Assembly (NCBI GenBank): GCA_964188305.1
Contig: OZ076896.1
DNA: 64,000 nucleotides
Direction: 5' to 3' (one strand)
From: Podarcis bocagei
Taxonomy: Eukaryota
Both the position numbers and the translations under genes were made by a program. This document shows positions 61,314-64,000 of the stretch, one piece after another. How positions within the stretch are numbered: the first letter of the stretch is position 1; every line of letters begins with the position of its first letter. The notes under the pieces were generated by a model. That model made no database searches, was not told the DNA's origin, and was given only the letters and a program-made list of their open reading frames with translations.

Positions 61314-61530
61314 CAGTGGTCCCTCGGGTTACAGACGCTTCAGGTTACAGATGCTTCAGGTTACAGACTCCGCTAACCCAGAAATAGTACCTCAGGTTAA
61401 GAACTTTGCTTCAGGATGAGAACAGAAGCGGGAGGCCCCATTAGCTAAAGTGGTACCTCAGGTTAAGAACAGTTTCAGGTTAAGAATGGACCTCCAGAAC
61501 AAATTAAGTTCTTAACTCAAGGTACCACTG
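61314..61530. mobile_element. Tc1/mariner (Tigger-like) MITE, same family as 1811-2068, opposite orientation
   Basis: CAGTGGT...GGTACCACTG termini, TA TSD, shared internal GGTTACAGACGCTTCA repeats. Confidence 0.85.
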
Positions 61531-61748
61531 TATATTTAATGCGTTTTACAGTTGAGGAATGTCTACAGAACCTATTGCACAAGTCATACAACCAAAGGAA
61601 AAGCAAATGACACTCTGGGCACCATTTTTACATGAAAAGTAGCATTGGTTTCTAACCCTCATTAGCCCCAGCCAACATGGCAAATGACCACAAAGGATAG
61701 CGGCTGAAGACCTGCAATTTCTGGATAACCACATGTTCCCCATATGTT

Positions 61749-61753
<5 letters not shown>

Positions 61754-61791
<38 letters not shown>
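61754..61791. repeat. (GT)n microsatellite
   Basis: Direct reading. Confidence 0.95.
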
Positions 61792-61792
<1 letters not shown>

Positions 61793-62174
61793 TCACTCTT
61801 GTACAAAGTATCAGGGTGGTGTACAACAAAAGTTACAGAAGAAGAAAAATATATTTTTTTAAAAAAAATGGTGATAAAATATGCATGGGGGGGGGGGGGA
61901 GATGAAGTATCCTAAGCCAGAATGCCAATCACCATCACAGACATCTTAGCTGGTAGATGTGAAGTACTTGTACTATAATAATCTGCAATTGCTAACTTCA
62001 GAAATAAAAAGGATGCACAAGTTTAAGGTTTAAGGTGATGATGAAGATATTAACAAACAAAAACAGTGTTATATTTTAAGCATTGATAATCAGATCCGGA
62101 AGAATATTTAACAAATTGGAAAAGAGTAACATGGCTTTTAAATATGAAATTTTAAGTAAGATTTTTTTACCTCT

Positions 62175-62286
62175 TTAGTCAGCACTTGTAGTCTGCTCAG
62201 AATTGGCTTTTGCATAACTCAGAGGCAGATTGAGACCCACCATTGGGCCTACGATACTCAGCCATGAAATAATATAGTTTGTATTC
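62175..62286 (-). CDS. ATG10: ATG10 last coding exon
   Basis: NTNYIISWLSIVGPMVGLNLPLSYAKANSEQTTSAD*; tttgctttgtag acceptor; matches the conserved ATG10 C-terminal SWLSIVGPxVGLNLPLSY motif. Confidence 0.95.
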
Positions 62287-63296
62287 CTACAAAGCAAAAA
62301 GAAAGCTTTTTTAACACTCCAGCTGTCTTTAAAAGCTTGGATATAATTTTAAATGGCTACCAATTTTTATAAAATTGATACAACATTGCACACATCATTA
62401 CTATGGAGGAGGGGGAAATCCCAAAATGCCCTAAACGGAAGTTCTGACATTCCAAGTTTTGTGTAACAATAATCTGAAACCGCCAACTTTAAGGTCGTAA
62501 AAATCCAGAAAAAATGATTTTCCTTATAAACAAAGCATATCTATACATAATAAAAGCTGCAACCAAAGAAATGAAACAAAGAACAACACAATGAACTGTC
62601 AATGAAACATCTCAACAGATCTAAAAAACCTACTCCCAAATCAAATCTACTAAAGCTCTGATGCTAGGTCTAGCATAAAGCCTGTTTAAACAAGAACATT
62701 TTACACAATCTTCTGAAGACCTGCAAGGTTGGGTTCAGTGGGTACAGCATTGCAAAATATTAGCATATTCTAAGCAGAGTCCCTCTAAATCACTGAAGTA
62801 ATTAGGGAAATGGTATCTCGAGTTCCAAATCATGGAAGCTAGAAGATCAGACCTTGCTTGTAATCTTGTCTCCCATCACACATTTATCTTTGAAACCATA
62901 CAGTCAAACAATTCTTTTGAAGAAGAAGAAATGAAAACAAATTCTCAGAATTCCCTGGGTCATATATGAGTAGCCAGAGGCCATAAGAAGCCCCTGCAGA
63001 TTATATTTTCCACTCAAGTCTTTTAATCATAGAAATTCCAGAGGAGCCTAGTCCACACATTAATAAGAAAGAAGACCAAGTAAATATTATGAACATGAAA
63101 TTTGAGAAACACCTCCTAAAATGTCCAAGGACTATCAGCAACACCCCCAGGTTTATTACAGTATAAGATAAAGAACAAGTTTAAAGAATTGTGCCTTATT
63201 TCTAACCTGAGTTTGTCTGGCTACAACAGTACACTTTTACTTGGTTATTTAGGGTGAATATGAGAACCTAATAAACCTCACACTGATACTACTTGC

Positions 63297-63394
63297 CTGC
63301 TTTGTTTATACGAACTGGATAACACCGCAGACATAAATTCATTTGTCCGGCAAGGATGAAGAACAAAGAAAGGCTGTCCAAGCAATGGATGCTC
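63297..63394 (-). CDS. ATG10: ATG10 (E2-like autophagy conjugating enzyme), penultimate coding exon with catalytic HPC; gene continues beyond the window
   Basis: EHPLLGQPFFVLHPCRTNEFMSAVL; tctttttcag acceptor; 98 nt; AG|GCAAGT donor. Confidence 0.95.
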
Positions 63395-64000
63395 CTGAAA
63401 AAGATCAGCCATGCTTATATTATTTATATAGCACTTTCAGTATCCAAAGTAGTTTACAATCATTATTGCATTTGTAATGTTAAGTTCTTAAGGTTCTCAT
63501 TTTACAGATGAGGAATGGAAGGTTAAGCGATAGCAACTTGCCAAACACCAATAAATCTAAATCTAAGACTTTAGACTAGGACTTCTAAATCCAAGACCAA
63601 TATTCTTTCTGATAGATTACACTATTTATGTGTCATATTCACTTCTCTACAGAAATATTAATAAATGAAACACCCAAGGCAATTAACATTCTTTTTTTTA
63701 AAAAAATAAACATTTTAAACTTAACAACAAAACACAAACAAGTTAGAACACAAAGGTCCAGTAGATAAAAGCACCAAAAGTGAGAAATCCAGGCATAATC
63801 AGACTCCAGCCAGGTTGAAAGTCTGCTGAAACAAAAACATCTTCAAACAGCACTGGAATAGCATCATAGTGATGATGGTAAGCTAGATCTTCCAGGGCAA
63901 AGAGTTCCACAATAACAGAGAAGGCACTTTTACACGTTCTTGCCAATGGCACTTTGGATGTATCTCACCAGTTGATCTCACTGAGCAGACAGGAATGTAT

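Noticed and set aside
63743-63952. 69-aa minus-strand ORF as an ATG10 exon
   Set aside because: No ATG10 similarity; it resembles a decayed L2 3' region and lies in the intron upstream of the HPC exon.

Overview
Eukaryotic (vertebrate) genomic DNA, almost certainly squamate reptile and probably a lacertid-type lizard, judged from Sauria-type SINEs with (ACCTTT)n tails plus CR1, L2, L1, Penelope-like, hAT and Tc1/mariner relics. Most ORFs in the track are noise because the real genes are spliced. Hand-assembled exons give the ATP6AP1L-RPS23-ATG10 syntenic block: a complete 7-exon, 376-aa ATP6AP1L (minus strand, 10929-29058) and the last two coding exons of ATG10 (minus strand, joined by a GC-AG intron). 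The standout feature is that RPS23 is present twice, as two complete 4-exon genes head-to-head (38109-41603 minus; 42275-45326 plus). Their ATGs are 671 bp apart across one CpG-island promoter carrying ZNF143, YY1 and ETS motifs. Both encode an identical 143-aa uS12 protein but differ at 33 of 432 coding nucleotides, all synonymous and patchily distributed, and their introns do not align by eye. This suggests an old, selectively retained inverted duplicate that may undergo gene conversion.
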